In this document: positions 49,296 through 59,554 of the stretch, one piece after another
Layout: each line of letters begins with the position of its first letter
Numbering within the stretch: position 1 is the first letter of the stretch
Source: Vulcanimicrobiota bacterium
GTDB taxonomy: Bacteria; Vulcanimicrobiota; Vulcanimicrobiia; Vulcanimicrobiales; Vulcanimicrobiaceae
Reading direction: 5' to 3'
DNA: 64,000 nt
Assembly (NCBI GenBank): GCA_963733295.1
Contig: CAVTCS010000003.1
Location: forward strand, 2,336,001-2,400,000
Program-made: the position numbers and the translations under genes
The notes under the pieces: model-generated
What the model was told of the DNA's origin: nothing
Database searches by the model: none
Seen by the model: only the letters and a program-made list of their open reading frames with translations

Positions 49296-50081
49296 GTGTC
49301 GCGGCCCGTCCACAACAATCTGCTGTTGACGCTCCTCGCGGCTCGCGAACATCAGCCGGAAACGGGACGGTATTGGATTGCCGAGGGGCAGCGACGTACG
49401 ATCGGCGTAGCCTTTCAGTCGCCGCTGACTTATCCGGTGATCCTCACGCGGATGAGTGCGCCGCTCGTTCGCGCTTTAGTCCACAAGATTTGCGAAGCCG
49501 GAATCAGCCTTTCCGGAGTGAACGCCGACGCGCAAACCGCCGCGCGATTCGCCGCCGAGTGGGCCGAACGCACCAAAGTGCCGGTCTCCGCGACGCGGGC
49601 ACTGCGCTTGTACGAAGCGCGGCGCGTGCGGGAGTCCCGAGTGACGCCCGGCCGCTTCCGGCAGGCGACGCACGCCGATGAACCCCTGCTCGCCGAGTGG
49701 ACGCAAAGCTTCATGTCGGAGGTGGGCGAACCCGCCATCGACGCTGCCGGTGTGGTTGCGAGGCACGTCGCGGCCGCGCAGCTCTGGCTGTGGGACGACG
49801 ACGGTGCGGTCGCCATGGCCGCTTGGAGGACGCCGGCGGCCGGCGTCGTTCGCGTCGGCTTGGTCTATACGCCGCCGGAGCGCCGCTCGCGCGGTTATGC
49901 CGGGGCCTGCGTCGAGGCCCTCACCAAACGCGTGCTCGCCGAGAACAACCGCTGCGTGCTCTACGCCGATCTCCAAAATCCAACCGCCAACGCGATCTAC
50001 CGCCGCATTGGATACGAAGGCGTTTGCGAAACGTTGACGTTCCGCTTTTCGGAAACGTCGTCTGCGGGGTTGCGCCGCTAG
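49296..50081 (+). CDS. GNAT family acetyltransferase (FR47-like)
   Basis: VYTPPERRSRGYA and LYADLQNPTANAIYRRIGY. The true start may lie upstream. Confidence 0.85.
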   Translation: MSRPVHNNLLLTLLAAREHQPETGRYWIAEGQRRTIGVAFQSPLTYPVILTRMSAPLVRALVHKICEAGISLSGVNADAQTAARFAAEWAERTKVPVSATRALRLYEARRVRESRVTPGRFRQATHADEPLLAEWTQSFMSEVGEPAIDAAGVVARHVAAAQLWLWDDDGAVAMAAWRTPAAGVVRVGLVYTPPERRSRGYAGACVEALTKRVLAENNRCVLYADLQNPTANAIYRRIGYEGVCETLTFRFSETSSAGLRR

Positions 50082-50102
50082 TGGCAACGAAGTTCTGCGA
50101 AT

Positions 50103-50726
50103 ATGGCCATCCCTCGCGTCGCGCTCGGGTTCAAGCCGCACACCGGCTGGGCCGCCGTCGTGGCCGTCACCGGAAAGCCCGGCGATCTGCAGATCTTGTT
50201 GCGCCGGCGAATCGAGCTGCTGCCTGACGATGGATCGATTCCTAAGCACATCTACCACGCCGCCGAAGAGATGGGCATGCCGGCTGCAACGAAACTCGTT
50301 GCTCGCGCTGCCGCGGCGTGCGAGAAGGTCGCGCTGCGCGCGGTTCGCCGGATCGTGAGCGAACTAAACGAGCAGCCCGTCCAAGTCACGTGCGCCGGGC
50401 TTTCGACGAGCTCCGCAAAGCTCCCGGACGATCTCGCGTCCGTCTTACGCGCTCACACGCTCGTGCACTCGGCGGAAGGTACCTTCTTTTCGCGCATGCT
50501 CTCGCGAGCCTGCGCGACGCTGAATCTCGAAGTCGTAGCGACGCGCGAACGCGAACTTTGGGACGACGCCGCGGCGGCATGGGGGCTTCGTCCCGACGAC
50601 TTTCGCAAGTCGATCGACGAAATGCGCGCCGTCATCGGACCGCCGTGGAGCGCCGATCAGAAGGTTGCGAGCGGAGCCGCGCTCCGCGCGCTCAAGGGTG
50701 AACTCTCGTTACTTCGCCGCCCCTAG
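50103..50726 (+). CDS. Hypothetical protein
   Basis: Protein-like ORF with ALGFKPHTGWAAVVAV, H..EG and GPPW.ADQK; function not recognised. Confidence 0.7.
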   Translation: MAIPRVALGFKPHTGWAAVVAVTGKPGDLQILLRRRIELLPDDGSIPKHIYHAAEEMGMPAATKLVARAAAACEKVALRAVRRIVSELNEQPVQVTCAGLSTSSAKLPDDLASVLRAHTLVHSAEGTFFSRMLSRACATLNLEVVATRERELWDDAAAAWGLRPDDFRKSIDEMRAVIGPPWSADQKVASGAALRALKGELSLLRRP

Positions 50727-52736
50727 CTTGAAGATCGCGACCGCGTCGCCGAGCGGATAGTCGAGCTGGAAGTTTCCGCCCGCGGCGACCGCGACGTACT
50801 GCTGTCCGTCGACTTCGTACGTCACCGGCGGAGCGTTCACTCCCGCGCCGAGGTTGTAACTCCAGAGCTTCTGTCCGGTCGTCGCATCGAACGCGTCGAA
50901 GTTACCGTCGCCTTCGCCCATGAATGCGAGGTTGCCGGCGGTCACCAAGGCGCCGCCGATCAAGGGCTGGGCGGTCATGACGGTCCATGCGATCTTGCCC
51001 GTGTCGGTGTCGATTGCGACGAATCGGCCGTCTTGAATCGCGCCCCTCTTCACGTTGGTAAACGCGCTTCCCAAGCGCAGCTGCCCCGCTTCGTTCTTCT
51101 CGGGCTGGGTCGTGAAGTTCATCAACTGATCCATTCCGAGGACGTAGGCAAAGTGCGTCTTGGGCGACCAGGCCGCCGGCGACCATTCGGCTCCGCCGTT
51201 CGCACCGGGCAGCATCTCGACGCCCGTCTTGGTCGGAGTGCTGAACATGTTCTTCGACATCAGCACGTACGGATCGGACTTGCGAATGAGCGCTCCGGTC
51301 CGCCGGTCGACGATAAAGAACCAGCCGACCTTCCCGGCTTCGCCCGCCGCAGGAATCGTACTTCCGTTCACATTGACGTCGAAAAGCACGACCGCGCTCG
51401 TCGCGTCGTAATCCCAAACGTCGTGCTTGACCTCCTGGTAATGCCACTTCAGTTTGCCGTTCGTCACGTCGAGCGCGACGATCGAATCGGTGTAGAGATT
51501 GTCGCCGGTGCGATGGATCCCGCTGAGGTCCGGATTCGGATTGCCCGTCGAGAAAATCAGCAGTCCCAACTTCGGATCGATGGCGGGTGTCGTCCAGACC
51601 ATCCCGCCGCCGCTCTTCCACGAGTCGCCGGAAAACGTCGCGGGATCGGTCGACCACCAGCGCCAGCGTTGCTTTCCGGTGTGCGCGTCGTACGACGCGA
51701 CGAAACCGCGAATCGCCCACTCTCCGCCCGCGCTGCCGACGATGACGCTGCCGTTGTAAATCGCCGGCGTCATGGTCTCGGAGTATCCGGTCGCCGGATC
51801 CGCCACTTTCGTTTGCCACTTCAACGCACCGTTCGTGGCATCGAAGGCGACCAGGTGATCGTCAAGCGTCACGACGTAGACGTTTCCGTAAGCGACGGCG
51901 ACGCCGCGATTCACGGGTCCGCAGCAGATCTTGAACGGCGTCAGGTTGTACGTGGTCTCCCAGAGGCGCGCTCCCGTAACCGCGTTGAGCGCGAGGACTT
52001 TCATCTTACTATTGACGACGGGGGTCGAAAGGTACATTACGCCGTTCACGACGACCGGAGTAGCTTCGAAACTCGCCGTGAATCCGGTTTGCGCGATCGC
52101 CACCGGCGTTAAGGATGCGACGTTGCCGGATGTAATTTGAGCGAGCGTCGAGTAGCGATCGTTCGTATAGGACTGGCCGCCCATGAGCCAATCGTTCGCG
52201 TCGTTTGCGGCACCGGCGAGCATCTCGTCGGTGATGGCGACGTTCGCCTGGCCGGGCAACGCGCTGAAAACGTGATTGACGGGAGGCGCGGCACGCTGGC
52301 TCTCGACGTTCGAAGCGGCGCCCGTCTGCGCCATGACGCGCTTGCCGCTCAACTGCAACGAACTCGCGTTTTGCGCCGTCAGCTCGACGCTGCCCGAAGG
52401 ATAGCCGTTACGCGCGAGCACGAACCCGGTGACGTCGGCATACTGCGTCGCACTCAGGCTTCCCGGAGCGTTCGCGGGCATCTGCTTCCGCACGAAGTCG
52501 TAAAGCTTTCCGGCCGTCGTGTACGATGCGTTGATCGACGTCCGGAAGGATGCGCCGGAAAGAGCCGGGCCCGCACTGCCCTGCAACTGCGCGCCATGAC
52601 ATTGCGAACAATGCGCGGCGTAGACGCTGGCGCCGCTCGTCGCCTGCGCGCTGGTGAAACCCCCGCCGGCCGCATTGGATGCCGGCGCCGCCATCACGGC
52701 CGTGAGCGCCACGACGCAAAGAAACAAGAGCCGCAT
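50709..52736 (-). CDS. PQQ-dependent alcohol dehydrogenase with an N-terminal cytochrome c domain
   Basis: Signal peptide; CSQCH and KQMP; RYSTL.QI...NV; CCGPVNRG; GGEW.IRG; TGNP; HDVWDYD; tryptophan-docking repeats. Confidence 0.92.
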   Translation of the reverse strand: MRLLFLCVVALTAVMAAPASNAAGGGFTSAQATSGASVYAAHCSQCHGAQLQGSAGPALSGASFRTSINASYTTAGKLYDFVRKQMPANAPGSLSATQYADVTGFVLARNGYPSGSVELTAQNASSLQLSGKRVMAQTGAASNVESQRAAPPVNHVFSALPGQANVAITDEMLAGAANDANDWLMGGQSYTNDRYSTLAQITSGNVASLTPVAIAQTGFTASFEATPVVVNGVMYLSTPVVNSKMKVLALNAVTGARLWETTYNLTPFKICCGPVNRGVAVAYGNVYVVTLDDHLVAFDATNGALKWQTKVADPATGYSETMTPAIYNGSVIVGSAGGEWAIRGFVASYDAHTGKQRWRWWSTDPATFSGDSWKSGGGMVWTTPAIDPKLGLLIFSTGNPNPDLSGIHRTGDNLYTDSIVALDVTNGKLKWHYQEVKHDVWDYDATSAVVLFDVNVNGSTIPAAGEAGKVGWFFIVDRRTGALIRKSDPYVLMSKNMFSTPTKTGVEMLPGANGGAEWSPAAWSPKTHFAYVLGMDQLMNFTTQPEKNEAGQLRLGSAFTNVKRGAIQDGRFVAIDTDTGKIAWTVMTAQPLIGGALVTAGNLAFMGEGDGNFDAFDATTGQKLWSYNLGAGVNAPPVTYEVDGQQYVAVAAGGNFQLDYPLGDAVAIFKLGAAK

Positions 52737-52807
52737 TTTCAAGAACCTGCCCTCCGCAACTCACTCTTGTCTCGTGGGGCAACCCAATTCCCGCCGGACA
52801 CGACTGC

Positions 52808-53527
52808 CTAGCGAGTTGAGGCTTGCTTCGTCCCTTCCGGGGGCTTCAGCTCCGGACCGCCGTGCGTCGTCAGGTCGTGCAGATCCCACTCCTCGACGAC
52901 CGTCGTTCCTTCGTAGCGCATGCGGCGGCGGGGCAGTCCGGTCGTTTTCGAAATCAGCACTTCGTCGCGCGTCACAGCCCGCTCTTGTTGCCAATCGTTG
53001 CCGTCGCACATCACGCCGTCTTTGGAGGTCACTGAAATCGACACGGTGGGGTCTCCGTCGATGATGGGACCCGGCGCTTCGACCATCGTGTCGCGGTGCG
53101 CGGAGTAGCAGTCGAGGATCGTCTGCAGTTCCGCTACGCGGATGTCGTTGCCGCGCAGCGACACGAACTTGCTGTCGCGGAGCCGCCCGTGTACGGGGAT
53201 GACGCTCATGATGCCGGGCAGCCGCACCGACTCTTCCGGGCCGCCCGTCCAAGAAACCACCGAGCCGTGGTGCGGACCGGCAATGATGACCACCTGCTCG
53301 CTGTGGTCGTCGAGGTTGACCGCCACGTGCATCGTCGCGGTACTCGTCGTGTTACCGGCGTGCTCCGTCGCGTCGACGTCGAATTCGTACGCGTGCACCG
53401 CTCGCAGCCTTTCGACCATGGAGTCGAAAGCGGTTTGAGTCGTACCGGCGGAGACCGGACTCACGAGAGCCAGCGCGAGACCTGCGCAGAGTGGTTGCCG
53501 GACCGAACGTAATCCCAGCAGCCTCAT
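52808..53527 (-). CDS. Secreted protein with a possible LolA-like fold
   Basis: Signal peptide, beta-rich, ISKTTGLP.R motif. Fold is an inference. Confidence 0.55.
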   Translation of the reverse strand: MRLLGLRSVRQPLCAGLALALVSPVSAGTTQTAFDSMVERLRAVHAYEFDVDATEHAGNTTSTATMHVAVNLDDHSEQVVIIAGPHHGSVVSWTGGPEESVRLPGIMSVIPVHGRLRDSKFVSLRGNDIRVAELQTILDCYSAHRDTMVEAPGPIIDGDPTVSISVTSKDGVMCDGNDWQQERAVTRDEVLISKTTGLPRRRMRYEGTTVVEEWDLHDLTTHGGPELKPPEGTKQASTR

Positions 53528-54685
53528 CTACGACGCTTTGACGAGACTCGGACCGCTCGCGCTCGCGGACCAGGCCAACGCCTTGCGTCCGCGCTCGGCT
53601 TTCACGAGCGCCGCTTCGATCGTCGGCGCAAGGACGGTGAAGTGTCCCATCTTGCGCCGTAGCGCGGCATGACGCTTCCCATAGAGATGCAGCTTCGCGT
53701 CGGGGTCGCTCAAGAGTTCGGCGATTCCGGTTAGATGATCGCCGGACCCCGTGCCGAGGATATTCTCCATGACGGCGGCCGCGAACATCTTCGGCGGCAC
53801 GAGCGGCAAGTCGCAAATCGCGCGTACGTGCGCTTCGTATTGCGAGATCTGCGAAGCGTCGAGGGAGTAGTGGCCGCTATTGTGAACCCGCGGCGCGATT
53901 TCGTTCACGAAAACTTCGTTCCCACTTACGAAGAACTCAACGCAATAGGCGCCCACGATTCCGAGTCGCGCGCCGATCGCCGTCGCCGTATCGCGGACCC
54001 GAAGCGCAACCGGCTCGGAAACGCGAGCGGGAACGATGGTCGTCGCCAGCACTCCGTGGTCGTGAACGTTCTCGGTCACCGGAAAGCTGACGATGGTGCC
54101 CGTCGCGTCGCGCACGCAAATGACCGAAACTTCGAGATCGAAAGGGACGAAGCTTTCGTAGATGAGCTCGGCTCCGCGCGCCGCCGCGAGCGCTTCGCGC
54201 GCTTCGTCCTCGCTGCGGACGATCCACTGACCCTTGCCGTCGTACCCACCGCGCGCAGTCTTGACGACCGCCGGCAAACCAACCTCTCGCAGCGCCACGG
54301 CCAAATCGCTCGTATCGCGCACGGCGACGAAGGGCGTCACGCTGAATCCGGCGTCGCGCACGAAGCTCTTTTCCAACAAACGATGTTGCGTGATGCGAAG
54401 CACATCGCTCGAGGGTCGAACGGTTCGGCCACCTTGCTCGAGCGCGAGCACCGATTCGAGCGGAATGTTCTCGAACTCGTACGTCACGACGTCGCTGCGC
54501 GCACCGAGCTCGCCGATCGCACGAAGGTCGTCGTACGCGGCGACGATCTGTTCGTCGGCCACCTGTCCGCACGGCGAATTTGGGAACGGTTCGAGCGTCA
54601 CGACTCGATAGCCCATCCGCTTCGCTTCGAGCGTCAGCATGCGCCCCAGCTGACCCCCTCCGAGGATGCCGATCGTTTCGATCAC
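53528..54685 (-). CDS. purK: 5-(carboxyamino)imidazole ribonucleotide synthase
   Basis: [36 protein letters not shown] and RKMGH. Confidence 0.96.
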   Translation of the reverse strand: MIETIGILGGGQLGRMLTLEAKRMGYRVVTLEPFPNSPCGQVADEQIVAAYDDLRAIGELGARSDVVTYEFENIPLESVLALEQGGRTVRPSSDVLRITQHRLLEKSFVRDAGFSVTPFVAVRDTSDLAVALREVGLPAVVKTARGGYDGKGQWIVRSEDEAREALAAARGAELIYESFVPFDLEVSVICVRDATGTIVSFPVTENVHDHGVLATTIVPARVSEPVALRVRDTATAIGARLGIVGAYCVEFFVSGNEVFVNEIAPRVHNSGHYSLDASQISQYEAHVRAICDLPLVPPKMFAAAVMENILGTGSGDHLTGIAELLSDPDAKLHLYGKRHAALRRKMGHFTVLAPTIEAALVKAERGRKALAWSASASGPSLVKAS

Positions 54686-55161
54686 AGTTTGAGCGCCTCG
54701 ATCTGCGCCGCCGCGGCCGCACTGCGCTCGCGCAGGCGAACGAGCAACTCACCGTCTTCGAGCGCCAAAATTCGAGCGGCAAGGAGGGCGGCATTGGTCG
54801 CGTTGCCGACCGCCATTGCGGCGACCGGGACGCCGGAGGGCATCTGCACGATAGAGAGTAACGCGTCGAGCCCGTCGAGCGTTGCGCCGCGGACGGGCAC
54901 GCCGATAACCGGAAGCTGGGTTTTCGAGGCGGTCATCCCAGGAAGGTGGGCCGCGCCGCCCGCGCCGGCGATGATGACCTTCAGGCCGCGCGCCGCGGCC
55001 GTCGAGGCGTAGTCGAAAAGCAGATCGGGCGTGCGGTGGGCCGAAACGACGCGCATTTCGTGCGGAACGCCGAGTTCGGTAAGCGTGGTGGACGCGGCGC
55101 GCATCGTCTCGAGGTCCGATAGGCTCCCCATGATGATGCCGACCGTGGCGCTCCGTTCCAT
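54682..55161 (-). CDS. purE: 5-(carboxyamino)imidazole ribonucleotide mutase
   Basis: [23 protein letters not shown] and SIVQMP.GVPVA. Confidence 0.96.
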   Translation of the reverse strand: MERSATVGIIMGSLSDLETMRAASTTLTELGVPHEMRVVSAHRTPDLLFDYASTAAARGLKVIIAGAGGAAHLPGMTASKTQLPVIGVPVRGATLDGLDALLSIVQMPSGVPVAAMAVGNATNAALLAARILALEDGELLVRLRERSAAAAAQIEALKL

Positions 55162-55219
55162 GCCGTAGCCTTCGCTCGCTCCGGAGGGGCGACCTCGATT
55201 GCTCCGCAAAGCCGGGTCC

Positions 55220-56407
55220 ATGGCGCGCTTTCTACTCGGAGTGAACTACTGGCCGCGCACGAGCGCCATGGCGATGTGGTCGCGCTTCGATGCCGGCGAA
55301 GTCGATGCGGACTTCACGCACATTGCCGCGCTCGGACTCGACGTCGTTCGCTTCTTCCTGACGTGGGAAGCTTTTCAGCCCCGGCCCGACGACATATCGG
55401 AAGACACGCTGCAAAAATTCGAGACGCTCATCGAACGCGCCGCCGCTCACGGACTTCGCGTCATGCCGACCCTGTTCTGCGGACACATGAGCGGCATCAA
55501 CTGGATGCCGGAATGGACGCTCGAGACGCGCGAGGTCGACTCACGTTTCCGCACCGTCACGAGCAAAGGCGTCACTCGACGTGCGATCGCCGATTTCTAC
55601 ACCGGCGAACTGCTCGAAGCTCAACGCACGTTCGTTCGCGCTCTGGGCGAACGCGTTCGCGATCATCCCGCGATCTTGGTCTGGGATCTGGGGAACGAGT
55701 TCTCGAACATGCGCGCGCCGGCTTCGCCGCACGACGCCGAACACTGGAGTGCCGCGTTGGCGCACGATCTGTTCGAAAGCTCGAACCTTCCCGTGACGGG
55801 CGGCACTCACGGCGAGGACCTGAGCGAAGATCGCAACATTCGTCTGTCCTCGATTTGCGACCCCTGGAAATTCGCGACGATGCACGGATACGCCGCCTAT
55901 AGCGCGTTCGCCCGCAGCCCGGACGATCCCGAGGTCGTGCCCTTCCTGTTCGAATTAGCACAGACGTTTTCGCGCAAATGCGTGCTGTTTAGCGAATTCG
56001 GGAATCCGGCCTGTCCGCCGGGTTTGCGCGAAGTCGGGGGCGTCCCGTGCCTCGATGAGGAGGAGATGGCGAGCTACGCGCGCGCGGTCCTCGAGCGCTT
56101 ACATGCGCGCGGCGCACTCGGTGCCTTCTGGTGGTGCTGGACCGACTACGCAGCCGCCCTCGTCGCGACTCCTCCCTTCGACGAAGCGCCGCACGAATTG
56201 GCCTTCGGCGTCGTACGCAAAGACGGCAGCGAAAAGCCGGTTGCGAGAGTGCTCCGCGAATTCGCCCGCCAACGCAGACCGCTCATCGAACCCGCGCTCG
56301 GCCCGCGCATCGATGAAGCGCACTACTATGAATCGTTACCGGGTTCGCTCGACGCCGCGTACGCGCGACATTGCGAGCGTTACGACCCTAGCGCGGTGAA
56401 GCGATGA
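55220..56407 (+). CDS. Clan GH-A glycoside hydrolase (GH5-like, mannanase-type), cytoplasmic
   Basis: GVNYWP, acid/base LGNEF, HGY and nucleophile SEFG; no signal peptide. Confidence 0.8.
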   Translation: MARFLLGVNYWPRTSAMAMWSRFDAGEVDADFTHIAALGLDVVRFFLTWEAFQPRPDDISEDTLQKFETLIERAAAHGLRVMPTLFCGHMSGINWMPEWTLETREVDSRFRTVTSKGVTRRAIADFYTGELLEAQRTFVRALGERVRDHPAILVWDLGNEFSNMRAPASPHDAEHWSAALAHDLFESSNLPVTGGTHGEDLSEDRNIRLSSICDPWKFATMHGYAAYSAFARSPDDPEVVPFLFELAQTFSRKCVLFSEFGNPACPPGLREVGGVPCLDEEEMASYARAVLERLHARGALGAFWWCWTDYAAALVATPPFDEAPHELAFGVVRKDGSEKPVARVLREFARQRRPLIEPALGPRIDEAHYYESLPGSLDAAYARHCERYDPSAVKR

Positions 56408-56847
56408 GCCGGCGCAAGATCGCTTTCTTGAGCGATACGGCTTCGGAGGGCGCGCGCTCGGCACTCGCGGCACTCGAGGAGGCCGGATTCGAGGTTCACG
56501 CGATCGAGGTCGAACGCCCGGATGCGGCCGCGCGTTCGGTTCGCGACGCGCTGCGTCCGAAACGCGAAACGAGAGCGGACCCCGGCGCGGCACCCGCGTC
56601 GCTCGCGGCAACGCTCGCACCGCACGCCGAACGCATGCGCAAGCTGAATCTCTCGATCGCGTTCGTGGCGGGTCTCCTCGAGCCGGGCGCGACCCTCGAA
56701 GAGAGCGCGGTCGCGATGCGTTGGGCCGGTATGCCGAACAAGAACGAACGCGCCCTCACGCACGAGGTTCTCGAGGCGCTCGCCGATTCGGCGTTTCTCT
56801 CCCGCCTCGCTAGCGGTGCCTACCGCGTCGAGCGGCCGGCCGGTTAG
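56404..56847 (+). CDS. Hypothetical protein with a possible C-terminal winged helix
   Basis: ATGA overlap with the hydrolase; ends LEALAD.AFL.R...G.Y.V. Confidence 0.6.
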   Translation: MSRRKIAFLSDTASEGARSALAALEEAGFEVHAIEVERPDAAARSVRDALRPKRETRADPGAAPASLAATLAPHAERMRKLNLSIAFVAGLLEPGATLEESAVAMRWAGMPNKNERALTHEVLEALADSAFLSRLASGAYRVERPAG

Positions 56848-56868
56848 CGTCCCAACCGGGAACGCCGG

Positions 56869-57651
56869 CTACCAGTAGACCTCGTTCGTCTTGTCGGTCT
56901 TGTCGTATTTCCCGAAGATCTGCGGGTTGGCCGCGAACAGGTTGTTCAGATCGGCGATGCGCGCCGAACTGAAGGGATGTGAGCGCAGCCAGTACGAGCC
57001 GGTCTCACCGTACGTCTTGATCATCGTGTTGAAAAACCAGATCAACCCATAGGGATTGAATTCGTGGGTGGCAACGATGATGCGCGCCCCCTCTTCGTCG
57101 GCTTGGGCTTCGATGTGGCGCGAGAGGTTCGCGTCTTCGGCGGACTGCATTTGGCTCAAGGCGTACTCGGCGCCGAGTCCTCCGAGAGGGCCGAGGAGGA
57201 TCTGCGCGGGCAGGCTGAGGATCGTTCCGATCGTATTCGCGGTGTTCGCGTTCGCGATGCGCTTCGCAACGTGATGCAAGACCATGTGTCCGCTCTCGTG
57301 CGCCAGCACGCCGGCCAACTCGTCGCGGTTGGCGGCAATGCGCAAGAGCGGCTCGTTGACGTAGATGTGGCCGCCGGGGACGGAAAATGCGTTCGCCGAG
57401 TCACCTTTGACGATATGGAACTGGATCGGGTAGGGGTAGCGGTCCTTGACCGCCAGGGCCACGACGGAACCAACCTCGTTCAAGTGTTCGTAATACGGTG
57501 AATCGAAGAGCAGATCTCCGTCATCACGCATTTGGTTGAACACTTCGTGGCCGAGCGAGCCTTCGTCGAGCGCGAGGACCGGCGCGACGTGCACGAGTTG
57601 CGTGACGCCGACCGCTCCGGCCAAGCTTCGAACGAAGGATTTACGCCGCAT
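56869..57651 (-). CDS. M48 family zinc metallopeptidase with a Tat-like signal
   Basis: NAFSVPGGHIYV, ELAGVLAHESGH, EAQAD and SHP. Confidence 0.9.
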   Translation of the reverse strand: MRRKSFVRSLAGAVGVTQLVHVAPVLALDEGSLGHEVFNQMRDDGDLLFDSPYYEHLNEVGSVVALAVKDRYPYPIQFHIVKGDSANAFSVPGGHIYVNEPLLRIAANRDELAGVLAHESGHMVLHHVAKRIANANTANTIGTILSLPAQILLGPLGGLGAEYALSQMQSAEDANLSRHIEAQADEEGARIIVATHEFNPYGLIWFFNTMIKTYGETGSYWLRSHPFSSARIADLNNLFAANPQIFGKYDKTDKTNEVYW

Positions 57652-57690
57652 CGCATGACCCCGGGATTGCCGCTGAAAGGAAATATTTCA

Positions 57691-59547
57691 ATGACCGGAC
57701 GCTGCGGCCTTTCAGTCGCGTTTTCTGGGACGTTGCTGGCAATCGCGTTGAGCGCGTCCCCGCCGGCCCAAGCGGCGCCGTCGATCTTTTCGTTGCCTCC
57801 GGCGCTCCTGGCCGGTTATTCGCGCACGTTCCGGCTCGACACCGCGCTTAAGATCCATCTCTCCGTCGAACTCGAACCGCGGGACCAGCAGCTCGATACG
57901 ACGGTCTTTGCGATGCAAGATCCGGGTTCGACGACGCACCACAGCACGATAACGGCGGCGCAGTTCGCGGCCCGCTACGGTCGCGACTCGAACGAAATCG
58001 CGACGCTGGTCCAGTGGTTCTCCTCGCATGGAGCAACGAATGTTTACGCTTCGAGCAACCGGCTGGTCGTGGGCGGCGATTTTACCGTCTCGCAGGCGGA
58101 GAAAGCGCTAAAAACGCGCTACGACCTCTGGCAGCAGGACGGACGGACCGTTGTTGCGCCGATCGGTCCCGTGGCGTTGCCCGTCTCGGGCGTGCGAGCC
58201 GTACGGGGCGCGATCAAAGCCTATACGCCGCGCTTGGCCCAGGTCGAAACCCCGAGTCCGCCGACCACATTGCGCGGACAGTGGTTCAGCGCCGCTCGCT
58301 TCCGGCAAGCCTACGACGCGATTCCGGGCGGCGGCGCCGGGATGCGCATCGTGTTGATCGAGGATTCCTCGGATCGCATGCAGCTTGCCGACCTCGCCGA
58401 GTTCGCGCGAGGCGATCGGGAAACGCTGGCACCGCTCGACGTCGAAAGCGGCGGCACGCACCGGCCACCCGCGGGCAGGCCCACGTTTGCGGCCGAGCCG
58501 CCGGCTCCGCCGCCGATGCTTTTGGACGCGTCGCACGTTAGCGAAAAGTCGATCACGGCACCGAATAACGAACAAGTCTGCGGGCGCGACGATCGCGGTC
58601 AAGAGCCGACGATGGACGTCGATGCCGCCCTCACGATGGCACCGCTCGCGACGATCGAAGTTCGTTACGACGAGGTCTGCCTGCGCGGCGGCGAAGGAAC
58701 GCTCGAGTTGCAGCGCGCGCTCGATGAGGAACCTGCTCCCGACGTTCTCGTCTTCCCCTTCGCGGTCGCGCCGCTCTACGATCGGCTCGAAGCGAGTTTC
58801 GGTCCGACGCCCATCGCGTATCTCGAGGCGGCGCTGCGCGGGATTCCGATCGTCGTGCCCTCCGGCGACGACGGTGCGCTCGGCATCCGCGTGTTGGGAG
58901 TCAATCAACCGGCGGTCGTTTATCCGTGCGTCCTGCCGATCGTCATTTGCGCCGGTGGAACGTCGCTGGGCGAGCGTTTAGGTCAGTACGACGAAGGACC
59001 TTGGAACGACGGCACGCACGCCTCGGGTGGCGGCATCTCGCTCGAACCGAGGCCGCGTTGGCAAACCGCGCCGATGGACTTTGCACTGGCCAACGAGGTC
59101 GAGAACCGCATGGTGCCCGACGTCTCGGCCGACGCGGCCGGTCACCTCTACGTTTTCTGGCACGGTTACGGCGAAGGTGGGGTCGGCGGCACGAGCGAGT
59201 CGGCGGCGATCGTCGGCGCACAACTCGCCGCGATCGACGCGCCGCTCCCGAAGGAAAAGCGCTTGGTCTCCGCCGGCGATCTCTACGCGCTCGCTCGCGC
59301 GCATCCCGAAGCCTTTCGCGACGTCGTCGACGCGAACGATCGCGGTTACGTCGACAACACGCTCCATCCGCGCAATCTCCCGCCGCCGCTCGGTTTCGTC
59401 GGGGTCGTTCCCTCGCCGCCGCCGACTGTCAAAGGCTGCGTGCCGGTACGGCCCAACGGATGCGACGTGGCGCCGTTGTACGATCTGGTTACCGGCATCG
59501 GTTCGCTGAAGGAGGCGACAGCCCTCAAAGCTCTGCAGTCGCAGTAG
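57691..59547 (+). CDS. S53 (sedolisin/kumamolisin) peptidase with pro-domain
   Basis: EPTMD, SGDDG, GGTSL, SGGG.S, RMVPDVS, GGTS and YDLVTGIGS. Confidence 0.85.
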   Translation: MTGRCGLSVAFSGTLLAIALSASPPAQAAPSIFSLPPALLAGYSRTFRLDTALKIHLSVELEPRDQQLDTTVFAMQDPGSTTHHSTITAAQFAARYGRDSNEIATLVQWFSSHGATNVYASSNRLVVGGDFTVSQAEKALKTRYDLWQQDGRTVVAPIGPVALPVSGVRAVRGAIKAYTPRLAQVETPSPPTTLRGQWFSAARFRQAYDAIPGGGAGMRIVLIEDSSDRMQLADLAEFARGDRETLAPLDVESGGTHRPPAGRPTFAAEPPAPPPMLLDASHVSEKSITAPNNEQVCGRDDRGQEPTMDVDAALTMAPLATIEVRYDEVCLRGGEGTLELQRALDEEPAPDVLVFPFAVAPLYDRLEASFGPTPIAYLEAALRGIPIVVPSGDDGALGIRVLGVNQPAVVYPCVLPIVICAGGTSLGERLGQYDEGPWNDGTHASGGGISLEPRPRWQTAPMDFALANEVENRMVPDVSADAAGHLYVFWHGYGEGGVGGTSESAAIVGAQLAAIDAPLPKEKRLVSAGDLYALARAHPEAFRDVVDANDRGYVDNTLHPRNLPPPLGFVGVVPSPPPTVKGCVPVRPNGCDVAPLYDLVTGIGSLKEATALKALQSQ

Positions 59548-59554
59548 TTCTCGC

